A DNA stretch of 64,000 nucleotides, from NCBI RefSeq assembly GCF_001194135.2, contig NC_069003.1, positions 26,629,860 to 26,693,859 on the forward strand, read 5' to 3'. Position 1 is the stretch's first letter. Each line of letters begins with the position of its first letter. Below, one piece after another: positions 24,593 to 35,431 of the stretch. Under the pieces are notes generated by a model. That model searched no databases. It was given only the letters and a program-made list of their open reading frames with translations, and had not been told where the DNA came from. The position numbers and the translations under genes are program-made. Source of the DNA: Octopus bimaculoides (lineage: Eukaryota).

Positions 24593-25185
24593 AAATATTA
24601 GTTATTTCCTTTCAGTTCTTTAAAATTCCATTTACAAAGTCTTTTCTTCGAAGATATTTTTCTGGTATTAAAATATATTACAGCAGATTATATCTATCTA
24701 TCTATATATATATATATATCCACACACATACATACATACACACACACAGAAGTTAGAAGGTGATTGTGGACAGTGAGTGTGTTGATTAAAAATTAAGTGT
24801 GTATATGTGTGTGTGTGTGTTATGACATATTATGACAGACAAGAAACCTAAAGATGGTGAATATGAAACCAGTCAAACAACCGAGATGTATAAGACTTCA
24901 TACATACACACACACACACTTATATACATACTTTTCCACATTGTATACATAAATAACACAGGTGTGCGTGTCTAGAATTCACAACACAAAAGTATGTGTG
25001 TGTGTATATATATATATACACACACACGTTGAGTATAAGAGATATTAATCTCTCTATACAAATATGATGTGTGCTTATGTGTTTAAGACATCAAAGTACT
25101 TCGGCCGATCATTTATTTACTGAGGATATATGACTATACTAACAGAAGACAGAAATTCATGGAAACCAAGTTAACTGGGACGACT

Positions 25186-25220
<35 letters not shown>

Positions 25221-25324
25221 NNNNNNNNNNNNNNNNNNNNNNNNNNNNNNNNNNNNNNNNNNNNNNNNNNNNNNNNNNNNNNNNNNNNNNNNNNNNNNNN
25301 NNNNNNNNNNNNNNNNNNNNACAT

Positions 25325-26420
25325 TGTTATTATTGAGAGCCTCCTCTAATATGTGGCATTTGGTGAATAAAGGACCTTGATGTCGCTATCCTCATTTGCA
25401 CCCTTTCCCGAGAGGTACGTTCATCTGGGACTCTCAGCAGGGGGAGGTCCAGTTTTGATTTGGAAACACCTACATCCACTTTGTCCCTTAGGCTCTTTGG
25501 GATAATATTAAAAAGCTGTGAGCCCTTGAAACCCAAGCTGTTGCAGTAACTGGTCCTGAAGTGCGATGGCATTGCTGGGATCTTTGCCATGGCGCAGTGA
25601 ATCCGTTCTGGCATTTGTCTAGCTTGCAATGCCAAAATTTGGCACAATTCCTTCCAAGATCTTCCAAATGTATATATATTACTGCATACTTCTCTGGCAT
25701 TCGCTCCAGGGAGTAGAGTCTTAGCTATTTCAGCCTTTCCCACTAGCTGAGCTGTTGCAATGAGACGATCTTCTTTGTGAAGCTTTGCTAGATTGCTTCA
25801 AGGTCCGCTGTTAATTTTAAACTGCTGGGTGACCCTGGCTAGGAGCAGTAATCCAGGCGGCTGAGGACAAATGTCCTCCAAAGGTTTCCTTCTCTATGGT
25901 TCTGAATGTTCTCAGGATCCATCTAGCCAGTATCTGCACTTTGTTGCTATCCTGGTGATGTGCACATGGTAAGAGGTATCATCACTCATGTTGATACCCA
26001 GGTCCCTCACTGATTTAGGTTCTGGGATTGTAATCCCCTGTGGACCAGAGTACCCTGTAAATTTTCTATTTAGTTTTGGATGCTGGTAGCACAGGGCTTG
26101 GAATTTTTCAGCATTAAATTGCACATTATTGCCCTCAGCCCATCTGTAATTTGAGTCCAACTCCTGCAGCAGGAGTGCAACGTCGCTGGGGTTCTGTATT
26201 TTCTACGAAACTTTTGTAATGTCTGCATAGTTACCAAGGGTGGCTATCCGGACAGCTGAGGGCATAACTAAGAGGGCTACTATGAAGAGCAGTGGTCCTA
26301 AGATAGTGCCCTGTAGAATATCGCTCACTATTTCTGTTTCCTTTGAGGTGGCTCCACTGGCCACGAGTGCCTGACTTCTATCTTTCAGAAAGTCATGTAA
26401 ACATGCTCCAAATTTTCCAG
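25325..26420 (-). mobile_element. Decayed LINE RT fragment (CR1/L2-like group)
   Basis: Minus-strand pieces LHDFLKDRSQALV...LQGTILGPLLFIV...YADITKVS (YADD mutated), NNVQFNAEKFQ, VRDLGINMSDD; multiple stops and frameshifts. Confidence 0.85.
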
Positions 26421-26976
26421 TTAAATATATATATTTATACACACACACACAAATCAAAGTAAATAACTCTGAAAAGGGCTTTTGTGTGTTTCCAGAGAAT
26501 ATTACCCTCAGCAGCGCTAGTGTTGGTATATTCTTGAATAAGTCACGAACCGAAAGAAGTGGATCTATTGTTTAGGATAATTCTATTTACTTGTTAAAGG
26601 GTTGTACTGGATAAATTGAGAAAATAAGTAAAATAGTTCAAATACTAAGAAATAAGCATCCTTAATTTGATTTATACCAAATGATTTAGGAAAATGAATG
26701 GGTTATTTCCCTTATCTGTTAAAATTTTGGCAAATGGGTTATTTCGTGTGGCTGTTAAAATGAAATATATCAAATATATATAAGGATCTCTTACAGGGGC
26801 ACTATTATCGACTTTTTTCAACAACCTGAGTATGCCATGAGGTTTCCAGACAGGAGTTCTATTCACATGTCAAGTTTCATGAAAATCTATAAAACGATGT
26901 AGGAGTAAGCTAACAACTCCACAAACACAGCCACAGGCAGAATTTCCCACAAATGTAGTAGATATGTGTATGTATA

Positions 26977-27036
<60 letters not shown>

Positions 27037-27194
27037 TATATAAATATACATATACATATAAAAATATATATACATATATATTTATATACATATAAATATA
27101 TGTATACATATATATTTATATACATATATATATACATATATATATTTATGTATATTTATATATAAGTATATTTATATACATATACTGTATAAAT

Positions 27195-27229
<35 letters not shown>

Positions 27230-27284
27230 CACATCTGTTTGTTGTTTATACACCTAGCTTCGTCGTTTTTCTGTAAACTTCAAC

Positions 27285-27322
<38 letters not shown>

Positions 27323-28054
27323 TACCTAATAGGGACAGATTAAGGCCGAAGTATCTTAATCACGGACCAACAGTGAATCCCACTTCAACTGCACAGGTTT
27401 GTACTCCTCGCAACTATATTAAGTATAAGCGGTTTCTTTTTAAATTTACTTTACGTATGTAACATTAAATAAACAGCAAGGATCGCTTTTATTTATAACC
27501 AGGAGCGAAAGCAATGTGAATGTTGGATATTTTTGACAATTATATATTTTTTAAGAAGCTTATAATTTACCATGTATATCATGGTAAATCGAGCACGTGT
27601 TTTCATTGTTTAATTGTTTATGGGAGACTGTATGTATTGAAATTAAATAGACATTTTGTGTGTATGCGTATATATACATATATATATATATATATATAAT
27701 GAAATACGTTTCATGTGCTGGTTGACAGTTAATCTTTTTATATCTTGTGCCCTTCATTGGAATTATAATCTTGGCAGGGTTAAACCTGCTTAGAAGATTT
27801 TGGTTTCTTGGATTATAGTGATTTCGTTGTATATATTATACTATATTGTGTTGTATATATTATACTATATTGTGTTGTATATATTATACGATATTGTTTG
27901 ACTGTCTTTTATATGGCTTCCAACTTTGGTAAGGGTAATGCTTGTTTCTGGATTTCTCGTTTACAGGATAGATAGATAGATAGATAGATTGTGAGATAGA
28001 TATGTAGATAGATAGATAAGCATACGTATTTGTTAAAATAAAAGTAGTACTCAC

Positions 28055-28623
28055 CGTTGTAGCTAATCTGGGGTCCTGCCAAGTGGTTTGTTTGGTGTTG
28101 TGATCAATGTAATAAGCCCAGCCAGTGGTGGGATCAATCCTCCGTTCCCATCCAGCTGGTAGATCTCCAAGGTTCGAACCTGCGGCCGCTGCCCCACCAC
28201 CTGGTGGTTCGTTGCCATTGTTGTTGTTAGTGTTGTGATGGGGATGCTGGTATTGCTGTTGATGAAGGTTGTGGCCGCTGCTGGCCGCCGCACTCGTGTT
28301 GTTGTTGTTGTTGTTATGAGGTGGATGCGACATATATCCCATTCCAGACATAGCTGCTGCACTACAGACAGCTGGGCCTAGCACTGCAGCGGAGTTCTCT
28401 CTCACTCCTTCTCCTTTGCCTCTTCCTCTCCTTCTACCGCCTCTTCTCTTTCTACCACCTCCTCTCTCTGCTACTTCGCCTCCGTATATTAATGATGATG
28501 GTGGTGGTAGAGGTGAAGAACTTTCATATGGTACTGGATAAATTGATTGTGGCGAACTTTCATACGGTGATGGATAAACTGATTGTGGCGAACTTTCATA
28601 TGGTGACGGATAAATTGGTTGAT
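28055..28623 (-). CDS. BAG3: Coding exon 2 of a WW-domain protein, BAG3/Starvin-like co-chaperone candidate
   Basis: Open frame through the whole exon: acceptor TTTTACATTAG|AT at 28623, donor ACG|GTGAGT at 28055/28054. The WW domain [32 protein letters not shown] closely resembles the N-terminal BAG3 WW ([32 protein letters not shown]). No BAG domain is seen in the window, so the symbol is tentative; the WW exon itself is solid. Confidence 0.6.
28519..28622 (-). repeat. 36-bp tandem repeat (about 3 copies) encoding (I/V)YP(S/V)PYESSPQS inside the WW-gene exon
   Basis: Plus-strand unit AACTTTCATA(T/C)GGT....GGATAAA(T/C)TGATTGTGGCG; the repeat length is a multiple of 3 and in frame with the WW domain. 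Confidence 0.85.
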
Positions 28624-29731
28624 CTAATGTAAAATAATATATATATATATTACAGTAACTATATATGTGTGGGTGTGTGAATGTGGGGGATTTAAATTGA
28701 AATTAAACTCCTATAAGAAATATCTAGACTACAAAATATACGTTAAGGGGATGAGGTGGTCTGTTTTCTTTCAAAATTTAAAGTAAATCAATTTTTTTTT
28801 TGAGATATAAAATTAATTCTTTTAATTAATTTTTCGTTCTGATTTTTTTACAGTCACCCCAGTAAACTAAGTGTTTATTTTCTTTTTGTTTGAGATAGAA
28901 AAAAAAAAAGAAATACCCGACCCCAGAACAAAACAGTAAAGAACTAGAACAAGGCGATACACACGGAACAATAATTCCAGGATATTTTAGAAAAATATTA
29001 AATAATAATAATCATTCATGATTTTCCAGTTAAGTTTCTTGATGTTGGTGGGTTTTTTTTTTGTTTTTGTAGGGTCCTTTTTTGGCGTATGTGGCCCTTA
29101 TTAGGGTGCATTGATAGGGAAATTTATACAGTATGTGACCCTTATATAGAAGAAGGAAGGATTTGTTTTTGTTTTTTTCGCAATATGTTGCTCTTATAGA
29201 AAGGGTTTGTAAGGTTTACAGTAATGTGGTCCTTATATTTTTGGTGGGGGAGAAAGAGGTTTTGTGTTTCAAATTCCCACAGTAGAAAAAAAATATATTT
29301 TGGGGTTTTTCTCTTTTTTAATCCGTGTTTCCTTCAAGTAATAATCTCTTTTATTATTATATAGATTATATATAATAATAATTCCGTGTTGAAGTAACCA
29401 GTAGTGTTTTAAACTACAGAGATACACAACAGTCAAGCAACCCTATATAGAGAGAGAAAGTAGAGAGACTAAGAGCGAAGAGGGAGGGGGATAGTCAAGC
29501 AACCCTATATATAGAGAGAAAGAGAGGAGAAAAATAGAGAGACTAAGAGCGAAGAGAGAGGGGGACGGTGAAGAAAAAAGTGAGATAAGAAAACGGGGTT
29601 GACGAGGAGAAGGAGGAGGAAGAAACTAAGAGAGAGAGAGTGGGAACTGTTCAACTCTCTTTTAGTAGTGGTGGTTGAGGGAGGAAGGGGAGGTAAACTG
29701 ATGCTGATGGAGATTTTGATGTTTTACTTAC

Positions 29732-29738
29732 AGAACAT
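29732..29738 (-). CDS. BAG3: Predicted first coding exon (ATG TTC T) of the WW/BAG3-like gene
   Basis: ATGTTCT|GTAAGT is a consensus donor in phase 1, matching the phase-1 acceptor at 28623 (gives MFYQPIY...). An in-frame TAA lies 4 codons upstream of the ATG. Confidence 0.55.
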
Positions 29739-29829
29739 TCTTCTAGAATATTACAACAAACTCTCGAATGATCTGGTAGGTTTAGTGAGACACCTAGCGG
29801 CGGAGGTCAACGACAAACTCAATTACCTT

Positions 29830-30650
29830 CTCTTGCCCTTCTTCCCCTCTCTCTCTGTAACTCTCTTTATCTTTTTTCTTCTCTGCCTTTACTTTTTCTT
29901 CTCGTTCACTCCACCTCTCTCTCTATACTTTCACCCTCTCTTTCTTTCCCACTTTTATTTTACTCTACTTCTATTCACTTTACTCTTTTAACTTTTTTCT
30001 CTCACCCTCTCACCTTCTCTCCATCTATACCTTCTGCCTCTCTTTTTTCTACTTTAAGACTTACTCCCTCTCTTTCTATCTCAGCCATCCCATATCTCTC
30101 TTTAATTCTTTCTCTCTCTCTCTCTCTTTCCATCTATCTACTAATCTAATTCTTCACCACCCACTCTTTAATTTAAAAATTCTATTTTCTCTTTCTTTAT
30201 CACCGTACCCCTCCATCTTCGCCTCTATTTATCAAGCTTTATTCTCCCCCCCTCTCTCTGTACTTTTATCCCCCTCTCACTCCTTCTTTATCTTCCCCTC
30301 TTTCCGTACCTCTCTCTCTCTCTCTTGTCTTCCCTTTATCTTTCACTTCTTTAAGTACATCGCCTTTCGTCTGTTTCAGTCTCTTATCTATCTTTTCTCT
30401 CTCTCTATCATTACCTTTCCTTACTCTCTGTTTTCTGTACCGTATCTCTATATCTTTCTCCTCTGTTTCTGTGCTTGAGAAGGAATTGTCCTTTATATCT
30501 TTGTCTTTCTATATCCCCCCCCCCTCTGTTTCGCTTTTGTATCTTTCTCTGTCTTTCACTCTTTCTCTATATTCCCCTCTCTCTGTTCCAGTATCGTCTC
30601 TCTCTCTCTCTCCTCCCCAATCTGTTTTTGTATTGTATCTTTCTCCCCCA
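29830..30650. repeat. Polypyrimidine (CT-rich) / polypurine low-complexity tract upstream of the WW-gene start codon
   Basis: About 800 bp of almost exclusively C/T-rich sequence on the plus strand with (CT)n runs. Confidence 0.8.
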
Positions 30651-30704
30651 TTAGAGAAGCAGTCAAGAGCAGATAACCAAAACGTCCTTAGCAAAGTTAA
30701 AATA

Positions 30705-30780
30705 ACGAATTCTCCAGAACTCTCTACACGAAGGTCCCCCGCCTTCTTGACATAATTGTTTATCTGCGCACGTGCGGATA
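30705..30780 (-). promoter_or_regulatory. Candidate promoter motifs of the WW/BAG3-like gene
   Basis: HSE-like GAAttCTCcaGAActCTC (30707-30724), GC-box CCCCGCC (about 30737-30743), and NRF1/E-box-like TGCGCACGTGCG (30765-30776), clustered in an otherwise CpG-poor background. Confidence 0.35.
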
Positions 30781-31261
30781 CCTCTTGTTGTTCTTGTTAT
30801 TCACACCAATTCAGACCAGAATCAAGGCACTCCAGCCATGACCATCCCATCTCTTATTCAGTCATACTGTATCGACTATTACTTTATTCAATATCATTTC
30901 CTTTTTAAAATACAAAAAATATAGGGTGAAGTCAAGGGAGGTTTAGCTGTTATTTCTCGCAATTTGAGCAACCGAGTAAATACTAGCGTTTCTCATTGGG
31001 GAGAGGCAACCTTCGGCAGGATTCTGGTTCAAGCACTTCATAGAACCCCTCATAATTTTTTTTTTAAATTGGCGGGGAGAAGAATTTTCAGAAAATTTTT
31101 ACGAATTTGTGTTCTACACATAGTAATACTGATACGATTATGCAAAAAAAAAAAAGAAAAAAAGTGTGATCTAAGGGCGATTTAGCTGTGATTCGTAGCA
31201 CATCTCACGACCACCAAATACCTTCCTCGTTTCTTTGTCACTCTGACATGTATTGATGTTA

Positions 31262-31500
31262 GAGTTCTATATTTAAGAGATGAGCAATTATGCACATTAT
31301 TTGACGGATTCTTGTCCTCATCTTGTTAACACGTTTCGGCTGATATACCCTCCAGCCTTCATCAGGTGTCTTGGGGAAATTTCGAACCTGGGTTCACATT
31401 CCTAAGGTATTTTTCCATGTTATTATTGTTATTCAGGTCACTTCCTGGAATCTTGGGGTTAGTAGCCCGCACTCTTAACCATTACGCCATATGCCCACGG
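31262..31500 (-). mobile_element. tRNA-headed SINE-like element with hammerhead core (family A), degenerate copy
   Basis: Minus strand: GGGCATATGGCGTAATGGTTAAGAGTGCGGGCTACTAACCCCAAGATTCC... then GACAC-CTGATGA-A-GGCTGG-agggtata-TCAGCC-GAAACGTGTT, then the tail TTAACAAGATGAGGACAAG...TGCTCATCTCTTAAATATAGAACT. The cleavage-site region is 2 nt shorter than in the 37.8 kb copy. Confidence 0.75.
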
Positions 31501-32924
31501 GCATAATAATAATAATAATAACAGCAAATTTACATTCTGAGTTCAAATTCGTACGAGGTTCACTTTGCCTTTTATCCTTCCAAGGTCGATAAGATAAGTA
31601 CCAGTAAGGCACAAAGTACTGGGAAGGTTCTGCCAAGTACAGCAGTCGTGTGCTGTTATAACACAATTAAGTTTGTAACCTGTGATCATCATGTTTTGTT
31701 TTGTAATCACAGAATCTTATTTCTATATCAGATCCAAAGTCCACTTTCATGTATGTAGGTTATTGACTAGCATTATTATTTGTATGTTATTTCTATAATA
31801 AAAGTGAAATTCTGTCTGTCCTTCTGGAACCCCTATATCTCAGTTTATATTTGTCCTACATAGACATATTCTACCTTTTTGAAATCAGGATGATCCTGGG
31901 ATTGAAAATCTGTCCTTAATTTGGTTCTTGAACATCCAGCATTGGGATCTGATTTAAAAGCATTTGGGTTTCTATTTCAGGTAAAGCTTGGCTGATTCAC
32001 ACCATCTTGGTTGGCGTTTGTCAGACGATATCAGAGATCAAGGGAGAGATGAATGACATTCACTTCACAAATTTTATGTTGCGATAAGAACTTAGGGTCA
32101 AATCGGCCAACAGTGAAGCTTGTACTTTTTTTTATTTTAAAATTTGGTACTAATTCTATTAGTTTCTTTTGCTGAACCTCTAAGTCACAGAGACGTAAAC
32201 ACACCAATGCTGGTTGTCAAGTGGTGGTGGGGAACAAACAGACACACACATATTTACAACAGGCTTCTTTCAGTCTCCATCTACCAAGGCTTTGGTTGGC
32301 ACCGGGGCTATAGTAGAAGACACTTACCCAACGTGCCACACAATGGGACTGAACCGGGAACCATGTGGTTGGGAAGCATGCTTCTTACCACACAGCTATA
32401 TCTGCATGGATAAATAAAACTGCTTTACCATTTTTTCAATGTCAGATTATGACAAAGATGTTGAGGTGATGAACTAAATAGCAGGAAAGCATTAATGAAA
32501 ACAGGGATATATTCCCCCTACATTTCAGCTGAGTGCTGGGGAGGCTTATAGCATCTGATTCCCCTCCTTCTCAACCTCAACTTTATGCACTTTAGCATAT
32601 CCCCTCCTTCAGGGAACCTATTTCCAATACTTTGGAGAGTAATTTATCCTAAGGGATTTACCTGAGATAGACCAGGTGATATTGGAAAATTACCTGAAAT
32701 AGAGCAGGTGACCTTAGACAGATACTTATGATGGACCGCATGACTATGTGGTCTTGGAGTGTTACCTGTGACATACTTGAATCCCATCTAGGCAAACATT
32801 TGCTTTGTTGTCTCTGCTAACACTCTGTGTCTATGGCTGAGACACCTAATTCTGAAGTGGCTCAGTCCACATAGTCGTATATCCCATACACACACGTCTT
32901 TATATGTGTATACATGGTGTTACA

Positions 32925-33422
32925 AAAGTGATTGATGAGTTTCCATTTTTAACAACTTCCTTAACTTTACAAATAAATTAATGAAATTTTCATACAATAT
33001 AAAAGACATAATGGAAATTAAATATGCACAAGTCAAATTTTGCAACACCACTACATCATATCATGTGAAAAATGATATTGATTAAATGGCCATGATCTTT
33101 CCAAAAATTACACCATAACACCCTCAAGAGTTTCAGATTCTATTTCTCTGATTTCTCCATTGATGTTCTCCTCCAGTTGCACCAGGGTCTCCGGTCTGTT
33201 GATGTAAGCCATCTTTTTCAGGTATCCCTACAAGAAAAAATCTGGGCTCGTCAAGTCTGGGGAATGTGAAGACTATTTAAAGTAGACCTCGGTTCCAGCA
33301 AGATGGGACAACTCCTCATACTGCAAGAGAAACAATGCAGTTGCTACGGTAGTGTTTTGGAGAGAGAATAAACTCCCGCTACAGTAACATCAACTGGCCT
33401 TCACGTTCCCCAGACTTGACTG
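32925..33422. mobile_element. Rearranged Tc1-like (DDxD) transposase remnant
   Basis: Plus strand 33285-33422 reads FQQDGTTPHTARETMQLLR*CFGERINSRYSNINWPSRSPDLT; minus strand from about 33265 reads SPDLTSPDFFL*GYLKKMAYINRPETLVQLEENI. Confidence 0.7.
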
Positions 33423-33816
33423 GTGCTGGTATCATATAAGAAGCATACAGACTACAGTGGTAAAGTGGTTGGTGTTTGGAAGGGCATCTAGTTGTAAAAA
33501 ACCATCCTAAAGCAGACGTCGCCAGTGCTGGTGCCACATGAAAAGTACCAAGTCCACTTTGTAAAGTGGTTAGCGTTAGGAAAGGCATCCGGTTTCCATC
33601 AACCAAATTCACTTACAAGGCTTTGATCTGTCTGGCTCTATAGTAGCAGATACTTGCCCAATGTACCATGCAATGGGACTTAATTTGAAACCATGTGGCT
33701 GGAAAGCCACCTTCTTAACCGCATAGCCACATGTACACAAAGGTAAATAAATAACTTAACAATAAAGACTACTGAAAAATTAATAAAGCCTGTATTTGTC
33801 TAAGATTAAAGTTGGG

Positions 33817-33894
33817 TCAAGGAAATTCTTCGGGCAATTTGTCGTTCTTTTTCTCTCTGTCTTGATTTGATATCCACCGAGACATTAAGACTTC
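33817..33894 (-). CDS. TSEN2: TSEN2 coding exon 9 (last): EVLMSRWISNQDREKKNDKLPEEFP*
   Basis: Acceptor TTTTTCAAG|GAA; matches the human TSEN2 C-terminus EVILSRWVSSRER; stop TGA at 33819-33817. Confidence 0.92.
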   Translation of the reverse strand, partial: EVLMSRWISNQDREKKNDKLPEEFP

Positions 33895-33958
33895 CTTGAA
33901 AAAGAGAAACAGAGAAACAATTATTATAGTAATAACAGTGTGAACATAAAATTATATA

Positions 33959-34085
33959 CAGGGTGTTCACAAAGTCTGGGTACATGGGGATTAACTAATA
34001 CTTTAAGAAATTATTATTTCTTATATTTAATTGTTTATGTCATGATTTTATTTACTCCATGTACCCAGACTTTGTGGACACCCTG
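33959..34085. mobile_element. Tc1/mariner MITE in the last TSEN2 intron
   Basis: TA|CAGGGTGTTCACAAAGTCTGGGTACATGG ... CCATGTACCCAGACTTTGTGGACACCCTG|TA: 29-bp TIRs with TA target duplication. Confidence 0.85.
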
Positions 34086-34434
34086 TAGAACTACCTTATA
34101 ACTGTTCTGGGAGAATACCAGCATAGATCACAACCATTATGAACATTTCCTCAATTGATCTTTTATTGATCGCTGGTGATTTAATCCTTTAGCATTCAGA
34201 TTACTCTGGAAAATGTCCTATTTATTTATTCATTATCTCACAGCTTTGAGATTTCAATGAAGTGATTGTTTATGATCTGAATAACATTATTGAGTAGTTG
34301 TGAGAGGCATGACCTGGTCAGTTTTAACATAAAACAGGGAGAACATTTTAGGCCAGATATGGCCAGTTTAAATCTTAAACATCAGTCCAATGATGCCTGA
34401 AACAATAAAACATAAGAAATGAAAAGTTACAAAC

Positions 34435-34524
34435 CTGAACTTTAAACCTGGAGATACAGTTTGGTGAGAGAAGTTCCTCTTCGGTAATGTCTTTGGGTTT
34501 TATCACATAACAAAACATCAGTTG
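34435..34524 (-). CDS. TSEN2: TSEN2 coding exon 8: QLMFCYVIKPKDITEEELLSPNCISRFKVQ
   Basis: Acceptor TTCTGTTCTAG|CAA, donor CAG|GTTTGT, 90 nt, phase 0/0; aligns to human [30 protein letters not shown]. Confidence 0.92.
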
Positions 34525-35270
34525 CTAGAACAGAAAGTGAAAGGAAAAGAAAAAACAACATACTTTGATGTCTAAATAATGATTTCAGATTTTGACACAA
34601 GGACAGCAATTTTGGGGGAGGGGATGAGTTGATTACATCGACCCCAGTGCGTAACTTGTACTTAATTTATCGACCTCGAAAGGATGAAAGGCAAAGTCAA
34701 CCTCGGTGGAATTTGAACTCAGAATATAAAGATGGATGAAATGCCGCTAAGCATTTGGCCCAGCGTGCAAATGATTCTTATTTCTTTATTGCCCACAGAG
34801 GGGACAAACAAGGACAAAGGTATTAAGTCGATTACATCATGCGCAGTGTCACTCTTGTTGTGTTTATAATTAACTTGGGCATCACCTTTCCTTTTGTATC
34901 CCTACAAGGAAAGGTGATGCCCAAGTTTGGTTATTTAAGGGCTTAAAAAATAAAAAAAAAAAGGGAGCCAAGACTGTGTGGCTAAGAAGTTTGCTTAGCA
35001 ACCAAAAGGTTTCAGGTTCAGTTTCTGTTTGTCCCCACAACCATTTGACAATTGGTGTTGGTTTGTTTATATCCCTGTAACTTAACAGCTTGGCAAAAGA
35101 GACTGACAGAACGAGTACCAGACTGTAAAGCAAGTACTTGGGGTCGGTCTGTTCAACCAAAACCCTTCAAGGTTGTTGCTCCAGCATAGCCACAATCCAA
35201 TGACCGAAACAAGTAAAAAAAAAATAATAAAAATTTTAAAAAATGAAAATAAAAAAAGATAAATACTTAC

Positions 35271-35431
35271 TTTACTGACATGTTCGTTCATTCGGTCAAG
35301 ACCAGCCAGTGTCATCCAATCAAGATTTCGGACAGACCATCGAGGGTCTTCTTCCAGGGACCCTTCTTCTACCATGAATACTAACACGGAATAAGTGGCA
35401 TGGTAAAATAACTGACCGTCTTTGTACAGGA
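35271..35431 (-). CDS. TSEN2: TSEN2 coding exon 7 (catalytic Tyr, His, Lys): ILYKDGQLFYHATYSV...RMNEHVSK
   Basis: Acceptor GTGTTTCAG|TC (phase 1), donor AAA|GTAAGT; aligns to human LLYRKGPPFYHASYSV...VSVNVSK. Confidence 0.93.

Noticed and set aside
27884-28405. ORF-track start at GTG 28405 and read-through C-terminus (VSTTFILTN...) for the WW protein
   Set aside because: This is a eukaryotic spliced gene: the frame is open upstream to an acceptor at 28623, and a consensus donor at 28055 ends the exon.
28490-28620. Canonical PPxY WW-ligand motifs in the N-terminal repeats
   Set aside because: The repeats read PSPY/PVPY, and LPPPSS lacks the Tyr; no exact PPxY is present, so only a weaker, non-canonical interaction is proposed.
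29599-29991. 130-aa plus-strand ORF with a hydrophobic tail
   Set aside because: Built from GA-rich and CT-rich low-complexity tracts, antisense to the WW gene's first exon; no recognisable domain.
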